64,000 nucleotides of DNA from an uncultured Gemmatimonadales bacterium (GTDB taxonomy: Bacteria > Gemmatimonadota > Gemmatimonadetes > Gemmatimonadales > GWC2-71-9): contig CAVSLV010000002.1 in the NCBI GenBank assembly GCA_963728915.1, forward strand, positions 224,001-288,000, given 5' to 3'. The translations under genes were made by a program, and so were the position numbers. Positions 23,055-32,927 of this stretch are shown in pieces. The notes under the pieces are model-generated. The model had not been told where the DNA came from. It worked only from the letters and a program-made list of their open reading frames with translations, and made no database searches. Position 1 is the first letter of the stretch; each line of letters starts with the position of its first letter.

Positions 23055-23765
23055 ATGCACCACTCCTGGTTCTCTCCCGCGCTCGGTCGCGAGATGCACA
23101 TCGAGGTCTTCGGCCACGCCGGAGCGCGGGTGCTGGTCTTTCCCACCACACTGGGGAGCTGTTACGAGTGGCGGGACCGCCACATGCACGAGGTCCTGGC
23201 CGATCACCTCGATCAGGGATGGATCCAGCTCCTCTGTTTCGACCATGTCCATGATGAAAGCTGGTACGACAAGGGCCTCCATCCCGGCGCTCGGGCCTGG
23301 CGGCATCTTCAGTACGATCAGTACCTGCTGACCGAAGCCCTGCCGTTCAGCGAGTTGCTCAATCCCAATCCGTTCGTGATCACCACCGGGGCGAGTTTCG
23401 GCGCCTATCACGCCATGTGTTTCGGGCTCCGCCATCCCGAACGGGTGAACCGGATTCTCGGCATGAGCGGGATGTACGACGTGAAGAGCATGACCGAGGG
23501 CTACTCGGACCTCAACGTGTACAGCAGCAACCCGTTCGATTTCATGCAGCACGAGCACGACGCCTCCCGGCTCGAGGCCTTCCGCCGGCAGGATATCATC
23601 CTCGCGATCGGCGAAGACGACCCGTCGATCCAGAACAACCGCGATTTCTCCGCCATCCTGTGGGGCAGGGGCATCGGGAACGCGCTCAGGATCTGGGACG
23701 GCTGGGCCCACGACTGGCCGTACTGGGAGAAAATGGTGCGGAGGTACATTGGGGGACACGATTGA
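23055..23765 (+). CDS. Putative esterase (alpha/beta fold)
   Basis: SPALGREM, FGHAG, GASFGAYHA, AHDWPYW. Confidence 0.88.
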   Translation: MHHSWFSPALGREMHIEVFGHAGARVLVFPTTLGSCYEWRDRHMHEVLADHLDQGWIQLLCFDHVHDESWYDKGLHPGARAWRHLQYDQYLLTEALPFSELLNPNPFVITTGASFGAYHAMCFGLRHPERVNRILGMSGMYDVKSMTEGYSDLNVYSSNPFDFMQHEHDASRLEAFRRQDIILAIGEDDPSIQNNRDFSAILWGRGIGNALRIWDGWAHDWPYWEKMVRRYIGGHD

Positions 23766-23796
23766 AGGCGGACAGGCGGACGGACGGGAGCGTAGA

Positions 23797-24768
23797 ATGC
23801 ACAAGGTGGGTCTCATCGTCGGGAGAGAATGGAGCTTTCCTCCCGCCTTCATCGAAGAGGTGAATCGCCGCGACCAGGGGGTGGTGGCGGAATTCGTCAA
23901 ACTCGGCGCGCCCAGGATGGACGACCCGGCGGAATACCGGGTCGTCATCGACCGCATTTCCCACGAGGTCCCGTTCTACCGGACCTGGCTCAAGCATGCG
24001 GTCCTGCGCGGGGTCACGGTGGTCAACAACCCGTTCATGTGGAGTGCGGACGACAAGTTCTTCGGGGCCACCCTGGCGACCTCGCTCGGGATCGCGAGCC
24101 CGAGGACCGTCCTGCTTCCGAACAAGGAGTACATCCCCGGCATCGTCCACACCGAGTCCCTCCGGAATCTCCAGTTCCCGCTCGACTGGGACGCGGTGGT
24201 CGATTACGTCGGCCTGCCCTGCGTGCTCAAGGACGCCTACGGGGGTGGATGGAAGGAAGTGTACGTGTGCCACTCGATGGAGGAGCTGCTCCAGCACTAC
24301 AACCATTCCGGCCTCCTCACCATGATCGTGCAGGAATTCATCCAGTGGGAGGAATTCGTCCGCTGCCTGTGCCTGGGGCAGGAAGAGATTCGCCCGATCA
24401 AGTACGATCCCCGGGAACGGAAGTACCATCCCGATCCGGATTTCCTGCCGCCCGCGGTGATGAAGCGGGTGATCGACGACTCCCGCAAGCTGGTCCGCGC
24501 CCTGGGCTACGACATGAACTCGATGGAGTGGGCGATTCGGGACGGAGTCCCATACGCGATCGACTTCATGAACCCGGCCCCCGACATGGACGTGTACTCC
24601 CTCACTCCGGTCCACTTCGAGTGGGTCGTGAATGGAATGGCCGATCTCGCGATCCGCCTCGCCAGGGCGCCCGCGGCCAGGACCGCACCGTCTTGGGCGG
24701 CCTTCCTCAAAGGCCGCTCCCTGTCCGCTCGGACCCGAAAGGCCCCCGCCGAGTCATCCAGTGGATGA
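23797..24768 (+). CDS. ATP-grasp amidoligase (RimK/glutathione-synthase-like)
   Basis: IDRISH, NNPF..SADDKF, LKDAYGGGWK, QEFI, AIDFMNPAPD; start at ATG 23797. Confidence 0.88.
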   Translation: MHKVGLIVGREWSFPPAFIEEVNRRDQGVVAEFVKLGAPRMDDPAEYRVVIDRISHEVPFYRTWLKHAVLRGVTVVNNPFMWSADDKFFGATLATSLGIASPRTVLLPNKEYIPGIVHTESLRNLQFPLDWDAVVDYVGLPCVLKDAYGGGWKEVYVCHSMEELLQHYNHSGLLTMIVQEFIQWEEFVRCLCLGQEEIRPIKYDPRERKYHPDPDFLPPAVMKRVIDDSRKLVRALGYDMNSMEWAIRDGVPYAIDFMNPAPDMDVYSLTPVHFEWVVNGMADLAIRLARAPAARTAPSWAAFLKGRSLSARTRKAPAESSSG

Positions 24769-26113
24769 AGCCGGGCTCGCCATCCAGGTCTGGCACACGG
24801 GGCTGACACCCGAGCTCGCCGAAGAATCGGCGGCCTGGCTCGATGATCAGTTGCGGCGGCGGGGGCTCTTTTTCGGCGATCGTCCGCTCTGCAACGTGCT
24901 CCGGCCCCGCTTCCTCACCGCGGGTCAGTACAACCAGCTCCGCGCCAGCATCGTTCCGCTGCTGCGGGCCTTCGGCACCGCGCTCGAGACCGCGCTCGGC
25001 GATCCGGGATTGCTCGACCAGTTCCGTCTGCTCGACTGGGAACGCACCCTGGCGCTGGAGGATCCCCGGATTCCGGCGAGCCCGGTCTCCCGGCTGGACG
25101 CCTTCTTCGAGTCGGGAACCGGCCGGCTCCTCTTCACCGAATACAACGCCGAGACGCCCGCCGGTTCGGCGTACCATGACGCGCTCTCCGAGCTGTTTCT
25201 CTCGATTCCTGCGGCGCGCCCCTTTCTGAGGACTCACCTGCTGCGCCCGCTCCCGGCCCGGCACAACGTGCTCCACGCGCTCCTGTCGAGCTATGCCAGG
25301 TGGTCGGGCCGGCGCGACGCGCCGGTGATCGGGATCCTCGACTGGAGCGAGGTGCCCACCCGGAGCGAGTTCCTGCTCTATCGGGATTTCTTCGAGGCGA
25401 TGGGAGTGCGGTGCGTGGTGGCGGACGTGCGGTCCTGCACCCTCGAGCAGGGCCGGCTCCTGGCCGATGGGACCGCGATCGATCTCATCTACAAGCGGGT
25501 CCTGATCGGCGAGCTGATCGGACGAGAGGGGATCGATCATCCGATCGTCCGGGCGGTCCGGAGCGGGACGGTCTGCATGGTGAATCCATTCCGTTGCAAG
25601 ATTCTCCACAAGAAGGCCTCGCTCGCGGTATTATCGGACGAACGGAATGCCGCCTTGTTCAGCGACGAGGAGCGCCGGGCCGTCGCGAGTCATATCCCGT
25701 GGACCCGCGTGGTGGAAGAGCGACGGACCATCCATGAGGGGAAAGCCATCGACCTCCTGCCCTGGATGGAACGGCAGCAGGATCGTCTGGTGCTCAAGCC
25801 CAACGACGAATACGGCGGCGCGGGCATCGTGCTCGGCTGGGAGGTGGACCCCGACAGCTGGCGGGCGGCGATGCGGAAAGCGGTCGAGGAACCCTACATC
25901 GTCCAGGAGCGGATCGCCCTTCCCGAAGAGAGCTTTCCGAGCTGGGTGGACGGCCGGCTGGTCCAGGCCGACCGGATCGTCGATACCGCACCATTCGTGT
26001 TTGGCGGAGCCGCGGTGGAAGGGTGCCTGACCCGGGTGAGCACCGCCACCCTCGTGAACGTGACCGCCGGTGGCGGGTCCACCGTACCAACCTTCGTGGT
26101 GGAGCGGCGATGA
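24761..26113 (+). CDS. Circularly permuted ATP-grasp ligase
   Basis: [46 protein letters not shown]; start at GTG 24761. Confidence 0.85.
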   Translation: MDEAGLAIQVWHTGLTPELAEESAAWLDDQLRRRGLFFGDRPLCNVLRPRFLTAGQYNQLRASIVPLLRAFGTALETALGDPGLLDQFRLLDWERTLALEDPRIPASPVSRLDAFFESGTGRLLFTEYNAETPAGSAYHDALSELFLSIPAARPFLRTHLLRPLPARHNVLHALLSSYARWSGRRDAPVIGILDWSEVPTRSEFLLYRDFFEAMGVRCVVADVRSCTLEQGRLLADGTAIDLIYKRVLIGELIGREGIDHPIVRAVRSGTVCMVNPFRCKILHKKASLAVLSDERNAALFSDEERRAVASHIPWTRVVEERRTIHEGKAIDLLPWMERQQDRLVLKPNDEYGGAGIVLGWEVDPDSWRAAMRKAVEEPYIVQERIALPEESFPSWVDGRLVQADRIVDTAPFVFGGAAVEGCLTRVSTATLVNVTAGGGSTVPTFVVERR

Positions 26114-27219
26114 AGCCTCCTTCCCTCACCATCGGGATCGAAGAGGAGTACCAGATCATCGATCCCGAAACCCGGGAGCTTCGGTCCTACATCACCGAAA
26201 TCCTCAAGGACGAATCGCTGGTCATGGGAGAGATCAAGCCCGAGCTGCACCAGTCCATGGTCGAGGTCGGCACCAAGGTCTGTCATAACCCGGCAGAAGT
26301 TCGCCAGGAGCTGGTGCGACTGCGGCGGCTGGTGATGGAGCTGGCCGGCAAGAAGGGACTCCGGGTCGCCGCCGCCGGCAGTCATCCGTTCTCGTCGTGG
26401 ATGGACCAGGAGATCACTCCGCTGGAGCGTTACATCGGCGTTCGCGAAGATCTCCAGGACCTGGCCCAGGCCCTGCTCATCTTCGGCACCCATGTGCACA
26501 TCGGTATCGAGGACCGGGAGTTTCTGATCGATGCGATGAACGTCGCTCGCTACTTCCTGCCCCACGTGTTGTGCCTTTCGACCAGCTCGCCCTTCTGGCT
26601 GGGCCGCCGCACCGGCCTCAAGTCGTATCGCAGCGTGGTGTTCCGCACCTTCCCCCGCACCGGAATTCCCCGGACCATGGCGTCCTGGAGCGAATTCGAG
26701 CATACGGTGGACGTGCTGGTCCGGACCAATTCGATTCCTAACGCCAGCAAGATCTGGTGGGACGTGCGTCCCAACTGGAACTATCCGACCCTCGAGTTCC
26801 GGGTCTGCGACGTCTGCACCCGGGTGGACGAGGCGGTCTGCATCGGGGCCATTTTCCAGGCGATCATCGCCAAGCTGTGGAAGCTGCGCCGCGACAACAT
26901 GAGCTTCCGGCAATACCCCCCGGTCTTCATCGAGGAAAACAAGTGGCGGGCGCTCCGCTACGGGCTGGATGGGAAGCTCCTCGACCTGGGCCAGCGCAAG
27001 GAGCTTCCGGCCCGGGATTTGATCAGGGAAATGCTGGAATGGTTCCTGGACGATGTGCTGGACGAGCTGGGAAGCCGGAAGGAAGTGGAGTACGCCTACC
27101 GGATTCTTGCCGAGGGCACCAGCGCCGACCGCCAGCTCGCGACCTACCAGCAAATCGGAGACTTCAAGGCCGTGGTGGATCAGCTCATTCGTGAAACCGC
27201 CGAAGGGGTGCTGCCGTGA
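26110..27219 (+). CDS. Carboxylate-amine ligase (YbdK/GCS2 glutamate-cysteine-ligase family)
   Basis: [43 protein letters not shown]. Confidence 0.92.
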   Translation: MKPPSLTIGIEEEYQIIDPETRELRSYITEILKDESLVMGEIKPELHQSMVEVGTKVCHNPAEVRQELVRLRRLVMELAGKKGLRVAAAGSHPFSSWMDQEITPLERYIGVREDLQDLAQALLIFGTHVHIGIEDREFLIDAMNVARYFLPHVLCLSTSSPFWLGRRTGLKSYRSVVFRTFPRTGIPRTMASWSEFEHTVDVLVRTNSIPNASKIWWDVRPNWNYPTLEFRVCDVCTRVDEAVCIGAIFQAIIAKLWKLRRDNMSFRQYPPVFIEENKWRALRYGLDGKLLDLGQRKELPARDLIREMLEWFLDDVLDELGSRKEVEYAYRILAEGTSADRQLATYQQIGDFKAVVDQLIRETAEGVLP

Positions 27220-27968
27220 GGCGGCCCTTGATCGGCATTCCGACCCAGACGCTTCAGGCGATCGACGGCATTCCCGAGGGCCTGCCGCACTCCTGGGTGA
27301 TGAACTCCCGGTATTACGTGGCGGTGGCGGCCGCCGGCGGCGCCCCGCTGATGATTCCGCTCTTCTCCCGCGACCTCGATACACTGCGCGCGGTCTACCA
27401 GGGCATGGACGGGATCCTGCTCGCCGGCGGTGTGGACATGGATCCCTGCACCTTCGGGGAATCGCCCCACCCGAACCTGGGACGGATCGATCGCGATCGC
27501 GATACCGTCGAGCTCGAGCTCGCCCGGTGGGCCCTCGAAGACCGCAAGCCCATCCTGGGCCTCTGCCGGGGCCACCAGGTCCTCAACGTGGCGCTGGGAG
27601 GGACCCTGTGGCAGGACATCGGGTCGCAGATCCCGGACGCGATCAAGCACGACTTCTTTCCGACCGCGGGTTATGCCCGCGACTTCCGCGCCCACGACGT
27701 GGCCCTGGAAGCGGGGTCCCGCCTCGAGCGCACCTTCCGCGAAACGGCCATCCGGGTCAACAGCATGCACCACCAGGCGGTCAAGGCGCTGGGCCGGTCG
27801 CTGGTTGCGGCGGGACATTCGCCCGACGGCCTCATCGAGGCGTTCGAATCCGGCACCGACCACTTCCTGGTCGGGGTGCAATGGCATCCCGAGATGTTCG
27901 AGCGGACCGACGAGGGAACCCGGCGGCTGTTCCAGGAGTTCATCGCCGCCGCCGCCGGACACCCCTAG
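27216..27968 (+). CDS. Gamma-glutamyl hydrolase, peptidase C26 (PuuD-like class I glutamine amidotransferase)
   Basis: [21 protein letters not shown]. Confidence 0.92.
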   Translation: MRRPLIGIPTQTLQAIDGIPEGLPHSWVMNSRYYVAVAAAGGAPLMIPLFSRDLDTLRAVYQGMDGILLAGGVDMDPCTFGESPHPNLGRIDRDRDTVELELARWALEDRKPILGLCRGHQVLNVALGGTLWQDIGSQIPDAIKHDFFPTAGYARDFRAHDVALEAGSRLERTFRETAIRVNSMHHQAVKALGRSLVAAGHSPDGLIEAFESGTDHFLVGVQWHPEMFERTDEGTRRLFQEFIAAAAGHP

Positions 27969-27976
27969 CGTGTTCC

Positions 27977-28414
27977 ATGGCCGGTGAATCCGCTGACCTC
28001 CTCAACGAACCGCAGCGCCGTCACCTCGGCGTCACCCTGAGCCGGATCCAGAGCCTGCTTCAGAACATCCGGCACCTCGCGACCGCCCCGGTGCAGGACC
28101 GGGGATTGATCGCCGAGCTCGATGACTTGCCCGCCACCTTCACCGAGCGGGCGCCGGAGCTCCTCGCGCACATCGAGCACGAGCTGGGCGAGCTGGCGGA
28201 GCGGTTCGGGATCGCTCCCCGGGAACGTTCGCGGTACCGCTGGGTCCGCGCGGTGCTGGGGAATTCGCTCGACAATCTGGAGGACACGCGATCCTCCAAG
28301 ATGCATCCCTACGGTGAGGTGCGTCCCGAGCTCGAAGCCGTGCTCGATCCCACCCTGCTCGATGTTCAGCACCGGCTCCGCCAGCTGCTGGCCCTGCTCG
28401 AACCGGCGCCTTAG
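27977..28414 (+). CDS. Hypothetical helical protein
   Basis: MAGESADLLNEPQRR...; clean ORF of about 145 aa. Confidence 0.65.
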   Translation: MAGESADLLNEPQRRHLGVTLSRIQSLLQNIRHLATAPVQDRGLIAELDDLPATFTERAPELLAHIEHELGELAERFGIAPRERSRYRWVRAVLGNSLDNLEDTRSSKMHPYGEVRPELEAVLDPTLLDVQHRLRQLLALLEPAP

Positions 28415-28659
28415 ATCAGGCTCGGCCTCGGCGCACTGGCCGTGCTCGATCGCCAGGACAGCGACTTCAATGCTTTCCCGGAGGGCCGAGTGGATCCGGG
28501 GGACTACCTCGTTGCGCGGCTCTACGGCAGCTGCGAGATCACCAGCAGGATCGGGGTGAGGCTTCGGGTCGAGAATCTGTTCAACCGGCAGTACGAACCG
28601 GTCTACGGCTTCCCGCCCTGGGACGGAACGGGGCCATGTCCCTGACATTCGGCTTCTGA
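28415..28659 (+). pseudogene. Orphan C-terminal remnant of a TonB-dependent (BtuB-like) receptor
   Basis: Reads ...RLRVENLFNRQYEPVYGFP, then after a 1-nt shift ALGRNGAMSLTFGF-stop; no plug or N-terminal barrel. Confidence 0.65.
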
Positions 28660-28667
28660 GACGACAC

Positions 28668-28706
28668 GACCGAACGGGCCCGTCGAACGACGGGACCCGT
28701 TGGGTC
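28668..28706. terminator. Hairpin between convergent genes
   Basis: GACCGAACGGGCCCGTCG-AA-CGACGGGACCCGTTGGGTC inverted repeat. Confidence 0.55.
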
Positions 28707-28724
28707 GGGTTCTGCGCACAAGGG

Positions 28725-29159
28725 TTACTGCGGCACCTGAATCGTGTCGATGATCTTGCCGTCGAAGGAATTCACCAGCACGTCATGGCGGACCCCCTCG
28801 TCGTCCTTGATCCGGAATCGGTACACCAGGTCGTCACCTCGACGCTCGATGAATCCCGCCTCGACCTTTCCGGTGGGATACTTCGTCTGGGCGATGTGCT
28901 GCGCATCGAGCGGGTGATAGCGGGCCTCCGCGATCATCCCAGGGGCTTCTTCCTTCACCTCGATGACCGGCGCCATCCCGGCCGACGAATCTCTTGCTGA
29001 AGCCGGGCGGACCACCCCCGCCCCAAGCGCATGGTCGGACCCAGGCGAATTCATCGCGACCGAATCTCCGACCTGATCGACGGCGGCCGTCTCCTGCTTG
29101 TCGCTCCCGCAGGCCATCGCGGCGGCCAGACCGAGAATCGGAAGCCAAAGGGTTCGCAT
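28725..29159 (-). CDS. PepSY-like domain lipoprotein
   Basis: Lipobox AMAC; IERRGDDLVYRFRI...VLVNSFDGKII; GGAGG RBS. Confidence 0.7.
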   Translation of the reverse strand: MRTLWLPILGLAAAMACGSDKQETAAVDQVGDSVAMNSPGSDHALGAGVVRPASARDSSAGMAPVIEVKEEAPGMIAEARYHPLDAQHIAQTKYPTGKVEAGFIERRGDDLVYRFRIKDDEGVRHDVLVNSFDGKIIDTIQVPQ

Positions 29160-29185
29160 GTAACCTCCTCTCTCAGAGTCCCGCC

Positions 29186-29569
29186 TTACTGCGGCGGATT
29201 GGTTTTCCCGGAGTCGACCACCGTGCCGGTCCGGGCGTTGATCTTCACCGTTCGCATCTGTCCCGTGGTATCCCGGATCTGGTAGCTGTAGACCAAATCG
29301 TTGTTGGACCGGTCGATCGAGGCCTCGGTCACGGTCCACCCCGGGAACAGGGTCACGACCGTCTGCTGGGCGTCGTTCGGCCGAATCGTCGCTTCCGCCA
29401 GCAGTCCCGGCGACATCTCGCGCACGTCCACTGCGGGCGGCGTGGTGGCGGTCGCGGCCGGGGGCGCCATCGCGGTGGTATCTCCAGGGGGCATGTTCTC
29501 GTTCTTTTGGCCGCACCCGGCCACCATGCCGATCATTCCTCCCACCAGGGCCAAACCTGCCAATCTCAT
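29186..29569 (-). CDS. PepSY-like domain lipoprotein (tandem paralogue)
   Basis: Lipobox VAGC; LVYSYQI...VKINARTGTVV; GGAGG RBS. Confidence 0.72.
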   Translation of the reverse strand: MRLAGLALVGGMIGMVAGCGQKNENMPPGDTTAMAPPAATATTPPAVDVREMSPGLLAEATIRPNDAQQTVVTLFPGWTVTEASIDRSNNDLVYSYQIRDTTGQMRTVKINARTGTVVDSGKTNPPQ

Positions 29570-29759
29570 CGGACACCTCCACCTGTTTGAAAGGGTGACG
29601 CTCACCCTGTTGACGTCGGGACGCCCGGAGCCGCCACATTGCCTGCATTCAGCCCCACCCGAACCGGGCGCCGATCCCCCGGCACGGGCTCCTGGCCCTT
29701 GCTGGATAACGGGTTACCTGTCCCGGCGAACGGCCTCCATTTTGCACGTTTGCCCCTCC

Positions 29760-30626
29760 ATGTCTTCGCCACCCCGAGCCGCCCCGCCATCCGTCCCGGC
29801 CCAGCCCGGCGCCGGACGGCTCGAAGCCCTGAGGATTCGGGGGCACCAGGGCGGCGTCATCCAGCCGCACCGATCCATGGGCGGATTCCCCTGGAACGCC
29901 CGGCGCCTGGCGATGGCGGTCGGCCTCACGGTCCTCGGACTCGCGGGTTATGTCGCCACCTTGCCGGGCCTGCTCTCGGCGTGGCGCTGGGCCTTCGATC
30001 GGGGCCGGAGCTGGCTCGACCTCCGGCTGATGCTGGGTGAGCAGACCGTGCTGCTGCCCGCCGGCATCGCGCTCACGCTGCCCGAGCTCTCGACCGTGAC
30101 GCCGCAACCGGGCACCGGCGCCCTGCTGCTCGCGAGCCTGGTCACCCTCCTGGCGGTCGGAGGGAGCGTCCTGCTTCCCCGGCGTTTTACCCCCATCCGG
30201 TTCATCCTGGGACTTCTCGCGGTGGTGCAGGCCAGCGCGATCCTGTTCTTCGCCGCCTCTCCGGAGCCCTTCCCGTTCCGGGTCTCGGATTACCTCTTCG
30301 GCTTGATCTCGACCGGGATGATCGCGATGGGGGTGACCCCGATCCTGCTTGGTCTGGCACTCTATCCGATGGATCTGGCCTGGTGGCGAAAGGGCCTGGC
30401 GACCGTCCTGCTCATGCTGCACTTCGCGGTGCTCACCCCGCTGCTCGTCCTGACGCATAGTGCCCTGCTGCTCCGGGGCACCGCGGTGGTGATGCCCACG
30501 TTGTTCCTGGGATTCGGCGTTCTCCCCTTCGCCCTGGGCTTTCTCGCCTTCTATGGGTGGGCCATGTCGTGGGCCGGAGAGATGGAGCAACGCGCCGTGC
30601 CGGCGCCGGTGCACTCGGCCCGATGA
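29760..30626 (+). CDS. Hypothetical multi-pass membrane protein
   Basis: About 6 TM segments; ATGA overlap with the GT2 gene; start uncertain. Confidence 0.65.
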   Translation: MSSPPRAAPPSVPAQPGAGRLEALRIRGHQGGVIQPHRSMGGFPWNARRLAMAVGLTVLGLAGYVATLPGLLSAWRWAFDRGRSWLDLRLMLGEQTVLLPAGIALTLPELSTVTPQPGTGALLLASLVTLLAVGGSVLLPRRFTPIRFILGLLAVVQASAILFFAASPEPFPFRVSDYLFGLISTGMIAMGVTPILLGLALYPMDLAWWRKGLATVLLMLHFAVLTPLLVLTHSALLLRGTAVVMPTLFLGFGVLPFALGFLAFYGWAMSWAGEMEQRAVPAPVHSAR

Positions 30627-31861
30627 GCGTCTTCGCCGTGGTGCTGCTTCCCGTCCTCGCGATCGTTGCCGCGGTGACGATCCGTCAGTACCTGCTGATC
30701 CTGAATCGCCTGTTCGGCGCTCATCGTCAGCCGTATCTCGATCTGGCCACGGCCACCTGGCCCCAGGTCACGGTGTTCATTCCCTGCCGGGACGAAAAAC
30801 AGATCGGACCGCTGATGGTGGCGCTCCTTGCCGCCGACTATCCAGCCGGCCGGCTCACCCTGGTTCCCATCGTGGACCCGGCGTTCCCCGACGCGGCCCT
30901 GGTCCTCGACGATTATGCGGTTCGATTTCCGGGGAAGGTGATCCCGTTTCACCGCGCCAGAATGCAGGGCGGACGCGGCGGCGCACTCCGTGAGGCGAGC
31001 GAGCATGCGCCGGGTCACGAGGCCCCCATCCACCTGGTGTTCGATGGAGCGTTTCGTCCCGGCCGGGGACTCGTCAAACAACTGGTCGCACCGCTCTTCG
31101 ATCCTGAAGTCGGCGCCGTGTTCAGCCGGATCGTTCCGGCCAACGAAAGCCCCGCGCTCCTGCCTCGGCTCCAGGACCTGGCGGAGGCTCAAGCGAGCCA
31201 GATCGAACAGCAGGCCCGCACCAACCAGGGTGGCCTTCCCGAGCTGACGGCGCCGGTACTGGCGGTCCGTCGCGCCGCCCTCGAATCGGCCGGGGGGTGG
31301 AGCGCCGATGCCGAAGCGGAAAGCCTGGAGCTGGGCTATCGGCTCGCCGGTAACGGATGGGCGATCGCCTACCAGAACCGCGCGGAATGTCACGAATCGG
31401 TGCCCGAGGCCTGGCCGGTATTCCAGGACGAGCGGCGGCGAAACATTCGCGGCCGTCTCACCGCGCTGCGTCGCCATGGGACCGGCGCCGGCTTCGACGG
31501 ACTGCTCCGGCTGGGAAGTCCGCTGGTGGGCCTGATCCTGATCGTAGGTTGGGTGGTGGCGCTCGCCGGCTCCTACGCCGGAGACGCCTTTGCGGTCACC
31601 ACGCTGGCCATCCTGACCCTCAGCCTGTTTGCTCCCTTGGGGAGCTGGGCGGGGTTTGTGGCCGCCGCCGCCGCCGCGCGGCTCGATGGAAACCGGACCC
31701 GGATCAGAATCCTTCCGTTCCAGGCACTCTCGGCTCTTGGCGAAAGCTGCTGGGCCGCGTGGGAAGCGGTGCCCCGGTTCGTCAAGCGGCGCCCTGGGGT
31801 CCGAAGCCGCGCCGCCACGACCGAAGTGAGGCTCCCCGCCCCCGCACGGAAGGAGGCCTGA
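30623..31861 (+). CDS. GT2-like membrane glycosyltransferase with degenerate motifs
   Basis: WPQVTVFIPCRDE, DYPAGRL, LVAPLFDPEVGAV, VRRAALESAGGW. Confidence 0.75.
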   Translation: MSVFAVVLLPVLAIVAAVTIRQYLLILNRLFGAHRQPYLDLATATWPQVTVFIPCRDEKQIGPLMVALLAADYPAGRLTLVPIVDPAFPDAALVLDDYAVRFPGKVIPFHRARMQGGRGGALREASEHAPGHEAPIHLVFDGAFRPGRGLVKQLVAPLFDPEVGAVFSRIVPANESPALLPRLQDLAEAQASQIEQQARTNQGGLPELTAPVLAVRRAALESAGGWSADAEAESLELGYRLAGNGWAIAYQNRAECHESVPEAWPVFQDERRRNIRGRLTALRRHGTGAGFDGLLRLGSPLVGLILIVGWVVALAGSYAGDAFAVTTLAILTLSLFAPLGSWAGFVAAAAAARLDGNRTRIRILPFQALSALGESCWAAWEAVPRFVKRRPGVRSRAATTEVRLPAPARKEA

Positions 31862-31863
31862 TC

Positions 31864-32906
31864 GTGGGGCCCCTTCTCGCGCTGCTCCTCATCGCGCTGT
31901 TCTGGATCGCGCTGCCGCTGGTGCCGGCCCTCCTGGAGCTGGCGCGCCCGCGCGACCTCAAGGCGCTCGAGCTCACCGATCGTTCGATCGGAAAGATCAG
32001 TTACTTCGCCCGGAATTTTCGCCAGTATATCGATCGGGTCCTGCCCGAGGAGGCCGGTGCGGGCGACTACGCCGCGAAGCTGCTGGACGGCACCGAGTTC
32101 GTGAGGGTCACTCGCCGCGACGAACAGCTCGCCGGGGAAGGCGGGGTCGAGCGGCGAGTCGTGATCCTGGACGCCCCGCACACGCTGGCGGGGGATCGCA
32201 CCTATGTGATGGAAGTCTACGCCCGTGCCCCTCTCACCAGCGGAGCCGAGACCAACTATCGCGCGGTCTACGGCGAGAAGGAGCTCACCCTGGGAGAGAG
32301 CAACCGCGTCTTCCGATGGGCCCACGCCAACGGCCGGCTGACCATCGGGTCGCATTCGGTGCTGCGGGGCCGGGTCTCTTCGGAGACCGGCATGACGATG
32401 GGAGCCGACGTCGTGTTCGAGCGGGCCGGCGCACCGGTCATCGGCTACGGGGAGCCCAGGGAGCCTTCGGTCCCTTCCCGCGAGACGCTGGTGGCCTGGA
32501 ATCCACCGGTGGCTGCCCAGAAGGTCGGCGACCACCTCCGGATCGAAGGCGATCTCGATATTCCCCGAACGACACCCTCGTCCCGGTCAGCCTGGTGGTC
32601 ACCGGGCGGCTGCGGGTCGGGGTCGGCGCGCTGGTGGAGGGAAGTGTCAAGGCGCACTGCGATCTCGAGGTTTCGGAACGGGCCCGGGTCACCGGGTCGG
32701 CCATAACCCGCTCCCGCCTGGCCCTGGGCGATGGGGCGTCGGTCGGCGGGCCCGCCCTGGCCGAGCGCTCGATCCGCCTTGGCCAGAACGCGGTGGTCGG
32801 CGGCCCCGCCCAGCCGGCCAGCGTGGCGGGAGTCGAGATCGAGCTGTCCCGGGGCGCCACCGTCTACGGTCAGATCAGCGCCCTTCGCGGCGCGCGCACG
32901 CTCTGA
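31864..32906 (+). CDS. Membrane-anchored beta-helix (bactofilin/polymer-forming-like) protein, frameshifted at about 32565
   Basis: N-terminal TM, then repeated V-x-G-x-V beta-helix segments; one C missing in ATTCCCCGAAC joins the two ORF-track frames. Confidence 0.65.
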
Positions 32907-32927
32907 GCCGTCTCTAGATTCTCCCTC

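Noticed and set aside
26110..27219. Ordinary glutathione biosynthesis (gshA/gshB)
   Set aside because: The ligase is YbdK/GCS2-type and the ATP-grasp proteins do not look like canonical GshB; the esterase and C26 context points to a different product.
32560..32570. Programmed frameshift in the beta-helix gene
   Set aside because: No canonical slippery heptamer; a single missing C in a homopolymer next to an indel-rich region is better explained as a sequence error.
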